A stretch of 64,000 nt of DNA from Parcubacteria group bacterium (GCA_016188835.1 JACPHB010000006.1:1877-65876), one strand, 5' to 3'. Numbered from the stretch's first letter, positions 8,043-17,620 are shown. Program-made: numbers and translations. The notes: generated from the letters alone by a model not told the origin.

Positions 8043-9998
8043 ATGTCAACAGAACCTCAATATTCTATAATCATTCCGACTTATAATAGAGCCAAAACTC
8101 TCGCCTTAACTTTAAATTCTGTTTGCAATCAAACAATATCAGCTGAAAAATACGAGATTATTGTCGTTGACGACGACTCAACGGATGAAACCGAATTAAG
8201 AATTAAGAATTATGAATTAATAATTAAGAAACCGGAAATCAGGTATTTTAAAATTAAAAACGGGGGACCAGCCAAAGCCAGAAACTTCGGCATAATACAA
8301 TCCAAGGGAGAGATTATTTTTTTTACCAATGATGACTATATTGTCCCCAAAAATTGGATGGAAACAATTTTAGACGGCTACAAAAGATATCCTGAAGTTG
8401 GCGGAGTGGGGGGGTGGCACGAAACCATCTCTAATGAGGCGGGTTTTTGGCAAAGATGCGTCGATACGATGGATAACAAATTCGGCGGCGGTATTTTAGA
8501 CGCGGAGATAAAAACAAATTTATATTTTTCCCCATATATAGGCGCCCAATCGGCCAATTTATCTTATAAAAAATCGATACTCCAAGAATGCGGCGGGTTT
8601 GACGAAAATTTGCGTTCTAGTAGGTGGCCGCTTAAAGTAAAAATAATAAAAAAATCCAGACTAAAAGATTTCTTTTATAAACATATCGGAGAGGGGAAGG
8701 ACTTGTTTTATCTGCATAAAAAATATCCCAAGCTGATAAATGATATTTACGGAAATCTTCTAAATAATTTTTTAGGACTTCTTGCTTATGCCGGAGCAAG
8801 TCGTTTTTATACTGCTTATTTTTTTTCTGTTTTATGTCGCATTGGAGGGAGAATTTTTGCCAAATACTTGGAACGGCCTGTCATTGAGGGGGTCGATCTT
8901 TTGCCAAACGAAACTTTTGAAATTTCAAAAAAACTGTCTGGAGAAGAAAAGTTCATTAAAACTAGTGGTCGACTGTTTAGCAAATCCATTTTTCGAATCA
9001 AAGAATCGGAGACGGATTTTTGTTCCGTTGTTATTCCGACATACAACAGAGCGGAAAGTTTAATAAAAGCCCTTGAAAATTTAATAAATCAAACAATTTC
9101 GCCTGAGAAATATGAAATTATTATTATCGACGATGGCTCAACGGATGACACCGAATTAAGAATTAGGAATTATGAATTAAGAATTAGGAAGCCGGAAATT
9201 AAATATTTCAAAATTGAAAACGGCGGGCCGGCTAAAGCTCGAAATTTTGGCATAGAAAAAGCGTGGGGAGAACTTGTTTTTTTCACTGACGACGATTGTA
9301 CGGTGCCGCCGGATTGGATGGAAACGCTTCTTTCGGGATTTAAAAAATATCCCGAAGCCGCGGGAGCGGGAGGATGGATTGTGCCGCCGGATGGAGAATT
9401 AGAAAAAAGCGCCATTTCCCGCTTTTTGCATTTTGAAAGTTTTTCTGGGCATCCTATTGTCAAGAGTTATATAAGGAGCCACGAAATATTAAGTAATGAT
9501 CCTCTGATGTGTTTTGGAAATTTTGCCTACAATACTGCAAATATCTGCTATAAAAAAGAAGTACTAAAAGCTATCGGCGGATTTAGAGAGGATTTTTACT
9601 GGCCAGGGAGCGAAGATAACGATCTGGCTTTTAGAATCGCGCAAGCCGGACATTACCTACTTTATCTGCCGTTTCATGTTACTCATCCAAAAGCTATGAC
9701 CTTATCGGAATTTGTAAAACTTCATTTTCACCGGGGAGCAAACGGTTATCTTTTAAGGATAATACATCAGAAATTATTGGAAAAATTAAAACCTGGCTTT
9801 GTAAGAGATTACGGTTCAATGGCAAGTTTTGTTTTCCGATTCAGTGGACCGGAAAAATTTTTGGCGTTGGTTCAATGGTTAAGCATCAACGCTGGCATTA
9901 GATATATGAAACGTGCCCTCAAACGGAATCCAATATCTTCCGAACCAATAGCAGAGGTTGCTGATAATTGCGAGAAAAGAAAATCCAATTATGTCTGA
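8043..9998 (+). CDS. tandem-duplicated family 2 glycosyltransferase (two GT2 catalytic modules in one ORF)
   Basis: Two copies of IIPTYNR...NQTIS.EKYEII..DD.STD.TELRI.NYEL.I.KPEI.YFKI.NGGPAKARNFGI; DXD motifs; the two modules are highly similar at the DNA level (8100-8290 versus 9040-9250). Confidence 0.8.
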   Translation: MSTEPQYSIIIPTYNRAKTLALTLNSVCNQTISAEKYEIIVVDDDSTDETELRIKNYELIIKKPEIRYFKIKNGGPAKARNFGIIQSKGEIIFFTNDDYIVPKNWMETILDGYKRYPEVGGVGGWHETISNEAGFWQRCVDTMDNKFGGGILDAEIKTNLYFSPYIGAQSANLSYKKSILQECGGFDENLRSSRWPLKVKIIKKSRLKDFFYKHIGEGKDLFYLHKKYPKLINDIYGNLLNNFLGLLAYAGASRFYTAYFFSVLCRIGGRIFAKYLERPVIEGVDLLPNETFEISKKLSGEEKFIKTSGRLFSKSIFRIKESETDFCSVVIPTYNRAESLIKALENLINQTISPEKYEIIIIDDGSTDDTELRIRNYELRIRKPEIKYFKIENGGPAKARNFGIEKAWGELVFFTDDDCTVPPDWMETLLSGFKKYPEAAGAGGWIVPPDGELEKSAISRFLHFESFSGHPIVKSYIRSHEILSNDPLMCFGNFAYNTANICYKKEVLKAIGGFREDFYWPGSEDNDLAFRIAQAGHYLLYLPFHVTHPKAMTLSEFVKLHFHRGANGYLLRIIHQKLLEKLKPGFVRDYGSMASFVFRFSGPEKFLALVQWLSINAGIRYMKRALKRNPISSEPIAEVADNCEKRKSNYV

Positions 9999-11024
9999 TA
10001 AAGATTTCCTAAAAAGAAGTTGGTCTTTTGGGTTGGATAATATCGCTCTTATTTCCTTTCCGGCGCGTTTCATGAAATAAAGAAAAGAAATATTTTTCCA
10101 GATATTCGGGTACAATAAATGGAGCAGATAAAGATCTGTGCCTATTATTAGAGATTTGCGGAAATAATCTTTAAATGAAAAAGATGCCCTGTGTTTTACC
10201 ATTCGCGGCTCGTATATTAAAGATAATCCCGATTTATGTACGCGAACTGGAAAGTCATAAAAGCCGATATGTTGAAAATAAAAATTAAAACCGCCGATTT
10301 TCTTAAAACTTTCTTTGTGGCAACAGAAATTAGCCGTATATCCGCTGCGAATAGAATAGGAGGTGTTTTTAGAAGGGGAAGGAAAAAATTTGTGCGTCCA
10401 AAACGCGAACCGATGATAAAAATCCAAATCGCCATTACCGGAATACGGCTCTTTCCATCCGCCGACGCCAATAACCTCCGGATTTTTATCAAGAACCCGT
10501 TTAAACCATGAAAGCCAATCGGGGGGCACTAGACAATCATCGTCGGTAAAGGCGAGTAAAGATCCTTGGGAATGCAATACGCCAACATTCCGCGCGAAAT
10601 CAGCGCCATAGTTTTTTTTTAATTTAATATAAACAATGCCTATTCTGTTTTTTTGGAAATTAGCTATCATTTCTTCAGTTTTGTCCGTTGATCCGTTATC
10701 AACTATAATTATCTCAAACGTATTGCTCGGAATGTTTTTTTGGGAAACTGCTGCTTGGAGAGTGCCCGCGAGCAATTCACGGCGGTTGTGCGTGGGAATG
10801 ATTACGCTAAAAAGCGGCTTGCCCTGAGCTTGTCGAAGTGGTTTTGTGGCTTGATTCGCGTTGAACCGAGAAATTTTACCGATGTGAGGAGCGTAATTGT
10901 AATTCAAAAAATTATGGTCGTAAGGCGGCGTTTCTTTATATAAAAATTCTATCAATTCGCGATAGGAAACGCTGTCTTGCTCTATGTGGCAAATAACGCG
11001 CAGAGTTTTTAAAAAATTATACAT
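9879..11024 (-). CDS. family 2 glycosyltransferase
   Basis: FSVIIPTHNR ... IIIVDNGSTD ... DDDC; its 3' end overlaps the convergent GT2 gene by 120 nt. Confidence 0.8.
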   Translation of the reverse strand: MYNFLKTLRVICHIEQDSVSYRELIEFLYKETPPYDHNFLNYNYAPHIGKISRFNANQATKPLRQAQGKPLFSVIIPTHNRRELLAGTLQAAVSQKNIPSNTFEIIIVDNGSTDKTEEMIANFQKNRIGIVYIKLKKNYGADFARNVGVLHSQGSLLAFTDDDCLVPPDWLSWFKRVLDKNPEVIGVGGWKEPYSGNGDLDFYHRFAFWTHKFFPSPSKNTSYSIRSGYTANFCCHKESFKKIGGFNFYFQHIGFYDFPVRVHKSGLSLIYEPRMVKHRASFSFKDYFRKSLIIGTDLYLLHLLYPNIWKNISFLYFMKRAGKEIRAILSNPKDQLLFRKSLSDIIGFSFLAIISNLCYWFGRYWIPFEGTFHISNASVDA

Positions 11025-11877
11025 AATTATAGTAATTTTCGTAGTCTTCTTTTAATCCTTTAATAAGCGGGGTAAACTTAATTCCCATTTTTTTTATTTT
11101 TTCATTACTGACAATGAAATTTTCATTGGCGAACGGAAATTCTAGAAAATTCCATTTCGCGCCGTCAGCCGAGGGGTTATATTCAATAATAGGTTTTTTG
11201 CCGATAATTTTTCCCATTTCTTCCGTAAGCTCGCGCAAAGTTATTACATCGTCTCCGGCGCAGTTAAACGCGCCTCCGATCTTTTTTTCGGCAAGAAAAG
11301 CCAAAGAATCAGCCACTTCATCCGCAAAAACAAAATGAATAAGCGCTTGCCCGTTTCCCGGCAAAACAAGCGGCGGTCCATTTTTAATTCTTGAATATAT
11401 AAACGCTTCTCGGTTACAATAATTTCGCGGGCCGAGAATGTAAACCGGACGCAGGACGGCGAATTCAACTCCGCTTTTTGCCAAAACATTCTCGCATTCT
11501 GCCTTTCCTCTGTTATAATCGCTCCAAAGCGGCCAGCCGCCAAGAGGCGAATCTTCGGTAAGCGGAAAATTTTTTGGTTTTTGGTACGCAGCGGCGGTGC
11601 TCATATGCAAGAAAAAATCGAAATTCAGTTCTTTAAGCGCGCATTTTGTTTGCGCTCCGCTGTAAGCGCACATATCTATAACCGCGTCAAAATGTTCCGG
11701 CATATTAAAACCGGCGTTTCTATCGCCTTTTATAAAACGAACGGCGCTAGGATAATCAGAACTTACTAAACCGCGGTTGAATACCGTAATTGAATGGTCC
11801 CCAGAAAGCAGTTTTTGGATAAGCAATGGCCCCACAAATCGCGAACCGCCGATGATCAATATGTTTTGTTTTCTCAT
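11017..11877 (-). CDS. NAD-dependent epimerase/dehydratase family protein
   Basis: N-terminal Rossmann ILIIGGSRFVGPLL; extended SDR fold. Confidence 0.8.
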   Translation of the reverse strand: MRKQNILIIGGSRFVGPLLIQKLLSGDHSITVFNRGLVSSDYPSAVRFIKGDRNAGFNMPEHFDAVIDMCAYSGAQTKCALKELNFDFFLHMSTAAAYQKPKNFPLTEDSPLGGWPLWSDYNRGKAECENVLAKSGVEFAVLRPVYILGPRNYCNREAFIYSRIKNGPPLVLPGNGQALIHFVFADEVADSLAFLAEKKIGGAFNCAGDDVITLRELTEEMGKIIGKKPIIEYNPSADGAKWNFLEFPFANENFIVSNEKIKKMGIKFTPLIKGLKEDYENYYNYV

Positions 11878-11925
11878 AACCCCAGTTTAAAACATACGGA
11901 GGTCATCTGTAAATTCCATCAACAA

Positions 11926-13407
11926 ATGTATAAAACCAATAAAAATGAATTTTTAAAAGGAGTTGGGCTGGCCGATTACTTTGATGAGTATTTTGACGCG
12001 CTGGAAAATCCTTTCTCCGAAGATACGGCTGTTTTGCCAATTCTTAAAAAAATCGGAGAAAAATTCGCTTATTCCTTGGAAAGTTTTATCGGAAATCAAA
12101 TATACATCAAAAAACAAATCTCGCCGCTTGACCATGTACCGCCGAAATTCCGCAGAGTTGTCGCGCGGCTTGCCAAAGAGGGAATTATTACCGACTGTTA
12201 TCGCCCAAAGCCGATTCCCGATTGGCCCAATATTCCGGCGTTAAGAATTACCTGCGGCGGATTAAGTCCTTCCGGTTGTTCGCTAAGCTACGAAGAAGCG
12301 GCAAAAAAAGCGGTTGCCGAATGTTTTGAAAGACACTCGTTTACCATATATGATAATAAAAAATTTATCTATGGATCCTACGCGGAATTTGAATTAAACG
12401 GCGCCCTTGATCCAAAACTTTTTAGCGGGTTTTCAAAGAATCAGCTGCAAAAAGAAAATTATGCCCGGCATCGCTTGGATGACAACTCAAAATTTATGTG
12501 GACGGAGGCAAAATCACTTTTTGATAATAAAAAATGTCTTGTTCCCGCTCAGTTAATTTATCTTGGGTATAAAAACGAAAAAGAAGAGCCCGTCATCAGG
12601 CAAACCACTACCAGCGGAGCTGCGGCGGGGAGCAGTTACGATATGGCTTTATACAATGCTCTTTGCGAAGCGGTGGAGCGCGATTCTTTTGTCATCCATT
12701 GGTTAAATAAAATTACTCCCCCCAGAATCAATCTGGACAATATTGCCAATGAGCCCATAAGGCGTCTGCTGTCGGAATATAAAAAATTCAACATTGATTT
12801 TGCCGTATTTGATATAACCACGGATCTTAATATTCCGGCCGTTCTTACCGTAATCCGGGATAACGCGCCGAAAAGATTAAAAGTATACGCGGCGCCTCGG
12901 GCAGATCTTGATATAGAAAACGCCATAAAATCTTCTCTTTCCGAAGCTCTCGTGGCGGGATTTATAAATGAAAGCGCGACGGAAGAGGTAAAAATATTAA
13001 ACGACAATGAGGGGGAAAATATAAAGAATATAAAAGATAGAATAATCTATTGGAGTGATCTGAAAAGAATCGGCGAAGCGGATTTTCTTTATGGAGACGG
13101 CTTTAGAACTCTTGCCGATAATAAATATCGGGGGGCGGGCGCGAAAGAAAAACTGCCGGTTCTTAAAGAAATTTTAAAAAACTCGGGGCTTGACGCTTAC
13201 GTTGTTGACGCAACCACGCCTCTTGCCAAAGAATTCGGTCTTACCGTTTTAGCGTCGCTTATACCCCGGCTCTGTCCGCTTTACCTTAACGAACACTATA
13301 AATGCCTTGGTGTAAGAAGATTGTATGAAGCTCCGGCGCGGATGGGAATTTTTAAAAATTCGAAAAAAGAAGAAGAAATGAACTTGGTACCACACCCGAT
13401 GCTTTAA
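11926..13407 (+). CDS. ycaO: YcaO-domain protein (ATP-dependent amide-backbone activating enzyme / cyclodehydratase family)
   Basis: YcaO hallmarks CGGLSPSGCSLSYEEAAKKAVAECFERHS, TTTSGAAAGSSYDMALYNALCEAVERDSF and C-terminal Pro-rich end NLVPHPML; start moved to the in-frame ATG at 11926 to avoid overlapping the convergent epimerase gene. Confidence 0.8.
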   Translation: MYKTNKNEFLKGVGLADYFDEYFDALENPFSEDTAVLPILKKIGEKFAYSLESFIGNQIYIKKQISPLDHVPPKFRRVVARLAKEGIITDCYRPKPIPDWPNIPALRITCGGLSPSGCSLSYEEAAKKAVAECFERHSFTIYDNKKFIYGSYAEFELNGALDPKLFSGFSKNQLQKENYARHRLDDNSKFMWTEAKSLFDNKKCLVPAQLIYLGYKNEKEEPVIRQTTTSGAAAGSSYDMALYNALCEAVERDSFVIHWLNKITPPRINLDNIANEPIRRLLSEYKKFNIDFAVFDITTDLNIPAVLTVIRDNAPKRLKVYAAPRADLDIENAIKSSLSEALVAGFINESATEEVKILNDNEGENIKNIKDRIIYWSDLKRIGEADFLYGDGFRTLADNKYRGAGAKEKLPVLKEILKNSGLDAYVVDATTPLAKEFGLTVLASLIPRLCPLYLNEHYKCLGVRRLYEAPARMGIFKNSKKEEEMNLVPHPML

Positions 13408-13416
13408 TCAAAAAAA

Positions 13417-14919
13417 ATGGCTAGACATATAAATTATAATAAAAAAACGGAAGAACGGCTGAAACAGGAAATAAAATGGCTTCTGGAAGAAAAATATGGA
13501 AACAAAATTACTGCGGAAGCAAACCAAGATATAGAAAAGATAAAGAACGGCGAACCGGTTGATTATGTCATCGGTCGGACTGATTTTTGCGGGGCAAAAA
13601 TCGACTTGTCTTTGCGTCCGCTAATCCCACGGCCGGAAACAGAATGTTGGGTAGCGGAAGCAATAGACGATATTAAAAGCCGGGGGAATATCGGTGAAAT
13701 TAAATGCCTTGATTTATTTTCCGGCTCGGGGTGCATAGGCATCGCGATTTTAAAAAACATTCCGGAAGCGCGCGTTGATTTTGTGGATATAGACGACATC
13801 GTTCTAAAACAAATAGCGATAAATCTTAAATTAAATGGTATTCACGAAAATCGTTTTTCCATAATAAAATCGGATATTTTTGAAAATGTAAGCGGGGCGT
13901 ATGATTATATTTTCGCCAACCCGCCGTATATTCCGACTAAATATCCGGTTGCCCAATCAGCCATTGAATATGAACCCCATCACTCCTTTTTGGCGGGAGA
14001 TAGCGGTCTTTTATTTATAAAGCCGTTTCTTGATGGATCAAAAAAATATTTGAAGAGCGGCGGCAAATTGTGGATGGAGTTTTATGCCGGAGAAAGAATG
14101 GAAATTGAAAATATCCTCCAAAAAAACAACTATGATTTTTATTTTAACGAACTCGGCGATTGCGGAGTTTTGTCGGCCAAACTGCGCGCGGAAAAAGCAT
14201 ATGCCGATCCGTTTTTTGAATACTTTGATAAAGAAATGCCTCTGATCAATCTTAATTCTTCGGAGTGGGGGACAATAACCTATAAAGAATATCCCTGCTC
14301 TTCCAAAATTATACTGCCCAATCCCGCTCCGCTTCCAACAAAAACAATAGAAGATGTTTTGTGTCGGAGAAAAACGGAAAGAAATTTCTCCAAAAAGCCG
14401 CTTTCCAAAGAAATACTGGGGCGATTGCTTTACTTTAGCGCAGGGCTGATAAGCAAAACGGTTGGCGCGGCAAACGAATTCCGCCGTTTTTACCCTTCCG
14501 GCGGCGCGAGATATCCGATAGAAATTTATATTGCGAATTTCACCCCCGGCGAGCTTGATGCGGGAGTTTATCATTATAACGTCAGGAACCATATATTGGA
14601 AAAATTGTCTTTTTCCTCCGCCGAAAAGATAAAACACGCCCTTTTTTATGATTTTGCCAAAGACGCCGCCGCGCTTATACTTCTTTCTTTTGTCGGTGAG
14701 CGAACAACGAAAAAATACGGTAATTTAGGATACAAATTAGGAATGATTGAAGCGGGACATATCGGACAAAATATTTATCTGGTAGGAACGGCGCTCGGGC
14801 TTGGAACGCTTGCCCTTGGAGGAATGAATTATGAAGTGGCGCAAAGGGAGTTAAATCTGGGAGAAGATGAAACGGTATTTTATCAGCTTGCCGTGGGACA
14901 ACCGGAAGAAAACAAATAA
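13417..14919 (+). CDS. fusion protein: N-terminal PrmC/HemK-type protein-(glutamine-N5) methyltransferase (about aa 1-280) plus C-terminal SagB-type (nitroreductase-fold, TOMM) dehydrogenase domain (about aa 300-500)
   Basis: PrmC motifs GRTDFCGAKIDLSLRPLIPRPETE, LDLFSGSGCIG, FANPPYIP; SagB-type motif RRFYPSGGARYPIEIY plus GMIEAGHIGQN nitroreductase core; 9 bp downstream of ycaO. Confidence 0.75.
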   Translation: MARHINYNKKTEERLKQEIKWLLEEKYGNKITAEANQDIEKIKNGEPVDYVIGRTDFCGAKIDLSLRPLIPRPETECWVAEAIDDIKSRGNIGEIKCLDLFSGSGCIGIAILKNIPEARVDFVDIDDIVLKQIAINLKLNGIHENRFSIIKSDIFENVSGAYDYIFANPPYIPTKYPVAQSAIEYEPHHSFLAGDSGLLFIKPFLDGSKKYLKSGGKLWMEFYAGERMEIENILQKNNYDFYFNELGDCGVLSAKLRAEKAYADPFFEYFDKEMPLINLNSSEWGTITYKEYPCSSKIILPNPAPLPTKTIEDVLCRRKTERNFSKKPLSKEILGRLLYFSAGLISKTVGAANEFRRFYPSGGARYPIEIYIANFTPGELDAGVYHYNVRNHILEKLSFSSAEKIKHALFYDFAKDAAALILLSFVGERTTKKYGNLGYKLGMIEAGHIGQNIYLVGTALGLGTLALGGMNYEVAQRELNLGEDETVFYQLAVGQPEENK

Positions 14920-15007
14920 GCAATTGCCGGGCAACAAATTGTGGATAAAATTACTTGCCAACAATCTGATTCCGATAGATACTTGATTTAGTTAATAAAA
15001 TTTTTTT

Positions 15008-16471
15008 ATGAAAAAAATATTAAATTCCTTCGCATTTTTATTTAAGGCCTTTATTCTCGTGCTCATTCTTCTCGTTGGCTGGGCATTTATAAATATTACC
15101 AATTTAATTAAAGGAAAAAAATCGTCGGATAAGGACTCTTTGTCTAAAAATATGTTTGGCGCGGATGAAGCGTCTGCCGATGCGGGTGGAAAGGCCACTA
15201 CTCCATTTCTTGCCTGTTTTGACGGCAAGGAATATAAACTGGAAAATGACATTCTTTTTGGCAGGCCGAACAGCTTTTATCACCAATACGATACGGCTAA
15301 GGCGCTTTACGAGGATGGAAGAATTTTCCCCGATCTTTATAAAATTACTTCGCCCGTAAAATCTTACAGCGGGAAAATTCTTTTCCAAATTCAGGAAATT
15401 GAGCCGGAAGAGAGCTTTTTCAAGTGGCTGGAGTTGACTCGGGTGGCGCATCCGGAAAACACGGAAGTTGTGGTTGACTCCGACTTCAAAAAATTTTATG
15501 TGCTCGAAAAAGATCGGCTTGAGAAAAAAATAGTTTTGCCCTCGTCGGTCATTGATAATCGCGGGAGGGATCGCGGCAAAGAAATTTCTAGTCAAGATCT
15601 TTTGTGGCAATATGACGCTACTTCTGTCGGGAATATACTCTTTAACGTCAATGAGAGTGTGGAGATAACTTTTAGAAATCTAAAGAGAGGAGAAATCCCG
15701 CATCTTATTACAAAAACGTGGTTTAGAGATTGGGTGGCCGGAGAAGCGCATGCGCATATTGCCGATAAAAAAATAAGCGTTCTTGATTTTTTCACCATTT
15801 TCGGGCTTAAAAAAGCGGCTACGATTGCCGTACTGTTTATTTTTGGCTGGGCGTATTATAAATTCGGATTTGCGCCGGGATCTCTTACTTTTCTTCCGCT
15901 ATTTGCGGGAGTCCAATGCGGCTGCAGTTGCGCGTGTCTGACTTATAGTTATAAAAATGAAGAGGGAAATTATCAGTGGATTAACATAAGCGATGTGCGG
16001 TCGTGGAAACATAACAATGAAATGGTTGAATTGCCGCGCGAAGCCGTAAATTCCAAAGGTGAATTAACGCTTCGCGTTGCCGCGACCAAAAAACACGCCC
16101 TGGGATTTATCGGGGTGGTGCAGGAAGACGATTTGGCCGCCGCGAGCCATAGAAATTATCGGACGGAAAATCTAAATCTGCGGCAGGCATATCACAGCCG
16201 TTTGCAAAAAGACGCGAGCGGAGCGCTTAAAAAGGGATACTGGAAAGAATATTTACACACGATTCCTGGCGACAAGGTTGATATTGAGTTTGACGCGCCG
16301 AATTCCGAATTGGGCAAAAATGAAAAAGAAACTTATCTTCTGCGTTCTTCGGGATTTTATACTTCGCTAAGACCGGAATATAAAAAGCTTGCCGGAAACT
16401 GGCAGGAAAAAATAAGCGAAGAAGCAAAATCGCGATTAACTTCTTTAAAATCGCTTGAAAATTACAAATGA
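15008..16471 (+). CDS. membrane protein with Cys/Ser-rich motif GVQCGCSCACLTYSY next to the second TM helix; hypothetical
   Basis: N-terminal TM; internal TM; alternating Cys motif reminiscent of azole core peptides; immediately downstream of the YcaO/SagB genes. Confidence 0.5.
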   Translation: MKKILNSFAFLFKAFILVLILLVGWAFINITNLIKGKKSSDKDSLSKNMFGADEASADAGGKATTPFLACFDGKEYKLENDILFGRPNSFYHQYDTAKALYEDGRIFPDLYKITSPVKSYSGKILFQIQEIEPEESFFKWLELTRVAHPENTEVVVDSDFKKFYVLEKDRLEKKIVLPSSVIDNRGRDRGKEISSQDLLWQYDATSVGNILFNVNESVEITFRNLKRGEIPHLITKTWFRDWVAGEAHAHIADKKISVLDFFTIFGLKKAATIAVLFIFGWAYYKFGFAPGSLTFLPLFAGVQCGCSCACLTYSYKNEEGNYQWINISDVRSWKHNNEMVELPREAVNSKGELTLRVAATKKHALGFIGVVQEDDLAAASHRNYRTENLNLRQAYHSRLQKDASGALKKGYWKEYLHTIPGDKVDIEFDAPNSELGKNEKETYLLRSSGFYTSLRPEYKKLAGNWQEKISEEAKSRLTSLKSLENYK

Positions 16472-17547
16472 CCGCTTTATTTGGGGAAAACAAAAAATTT
16501 TTTTTGGGTGTTGCGGCTCTTATTGTGATTCTTGCCGGAGCTTTTTTTGGAGCGCGCTTTGCCGCCTCTTATTATTACAAAAAAGGCACAGAAACATATT
16601 TACAGAATAATTTTGCCGTTGCAAAAAATAATTTTGACATTTCTCTCATATTTGGCCCTAAAAATTCTCGGGCTCACTTTTGGCTTGGAAAAATAGCTTT
16701 AGGCCAGCCGGCTCCCAACCAGAATGTTTATTATCCCCAAGCCGATTATAAAGAAGCGGCTAAACATTACGAAAAAGCGATTTTACTCGGTCTTGAACAA
16801 AATAATGAAAATTTATACAAGGTTGCCCTTGATGATTTGGGCAATGCCTTTTGGAATTTAAACGAATTAGACAGGGCGCGTGAAAAATATTTCGAAAAGC
16901 TATCAAAATTTCCCGATGCGTCTTTTTGGGCGAGATATTTTATCGCTTGGCATGATTTTAATTATCTCAACAAACCGGATGAAGCGTTAGAAGTTCTATT
17001 GCCGGCATTAAATCTTGCTTCGTCTGACAACGATCGTTTTAATCTTTTTAAAATCAATCTGATGCTTGCCCGTCTTTATATTTATAAAAACGATTACGCG
17101 AGCGCGGTAAAATACGCAGAGAGCGTCATAGAAAGCGGCGGGCCGCAAAATAAAAGCTGGGAAGTTCAGGCCGCTCATGGGCTTTTGGCGATTGATTACG
17201 GCCGCCAGAAAAAATTTGCTTTAGCCGAAAGCGAAATTAAAAAAGCCAACGATTTGGCAGAATCGGCCGGCGCTAATAATTGTATTCTTGCGGCGGCTTA
17301 TGTCGCCGGAGAAAATTATCCGAAAGCGATTTCTGTTGCCGAAAAAATCGATATGGCCACTCAAACTTATATGAATTCCGTCTGCGTTCAGATATTGGCC
17401 ATTTCTTATTTGGCGAAAGGCGATAAAATCAATGCACGAAAGTATCTGGAAGAATATTTGAGTTTTACCGAAAAATTCACGGAGAAAAATATTTTTGTGA
17501 TGCGTAATCGCCAAGAGTTCGCCGAAGAGCTTTTAAAACTGAAGTAG
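16468..17547 (+). CDS. TPR-repeat protein with N-terminal TM anchor
   Basis: Repeated A/Y/L-rich 34-aa helical pattern; ATGA overlap with upstream gene. Confidence 0.55.
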   Translation: MTALFGENKKFFLGVAALIVILAGAFFGARFAASYYYKKGTETYLQNNFAVAKNNFDISLIFGPKNSRAHFWLGKIALGQPAPNQNVYYPQADYKEAAKHYEKAILLGLEQNNENLYKVALDDLGNAFWNLNELDRAREKYFEKLSKFPDASFWARYFIAWHDFNYLNKPDEALEVLLPALNLASSDNDRFNLFKINLMLARLYIYKNDYASAVKYAESVIESGGPQNKSWEVQAAHGLLAIDYGRQKKFALAESEIKKANDLAESAGANNCILAAAYVAGENYPKAISVAEKIDMATQTYMNSVCVQILAISYLAKGDKINARKYLEEYLSFTEKFTEKNIFVMRNRQEFAEELLKLK

Positions 17548-17580
17548 CCAATTCGAAATCAATTCCATCAAAAGTAAATA

Positions 17581-17610
17581 TTGACTACGGATAGGATTAG
17601 GAAATATAAT
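17581..17610 (+). promoter_or_regulatory. sigma70-like promoter TTGACT, 18 bp spacer, TATAAT upstream of hicB
   Basis: Near-consensus hexamers 11 nt upstream of the ATG at 17621. Confidence 0.4.
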
Positions 17611-17620
17611 AAATAAAATT

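Noticed and set aside
11794-11925. Longer YcaO start at 11794
   Set aside because: It would overlap the convergent epimerase gene by 84 nt. The in-frame ATG at 11926 is preferred.
14038-14637. 199-aa minus-strand ORF
   Set aside because: It is antisense to the PrmC-SagB fusion gene and is F/K/I-rich reverse-frame noise.
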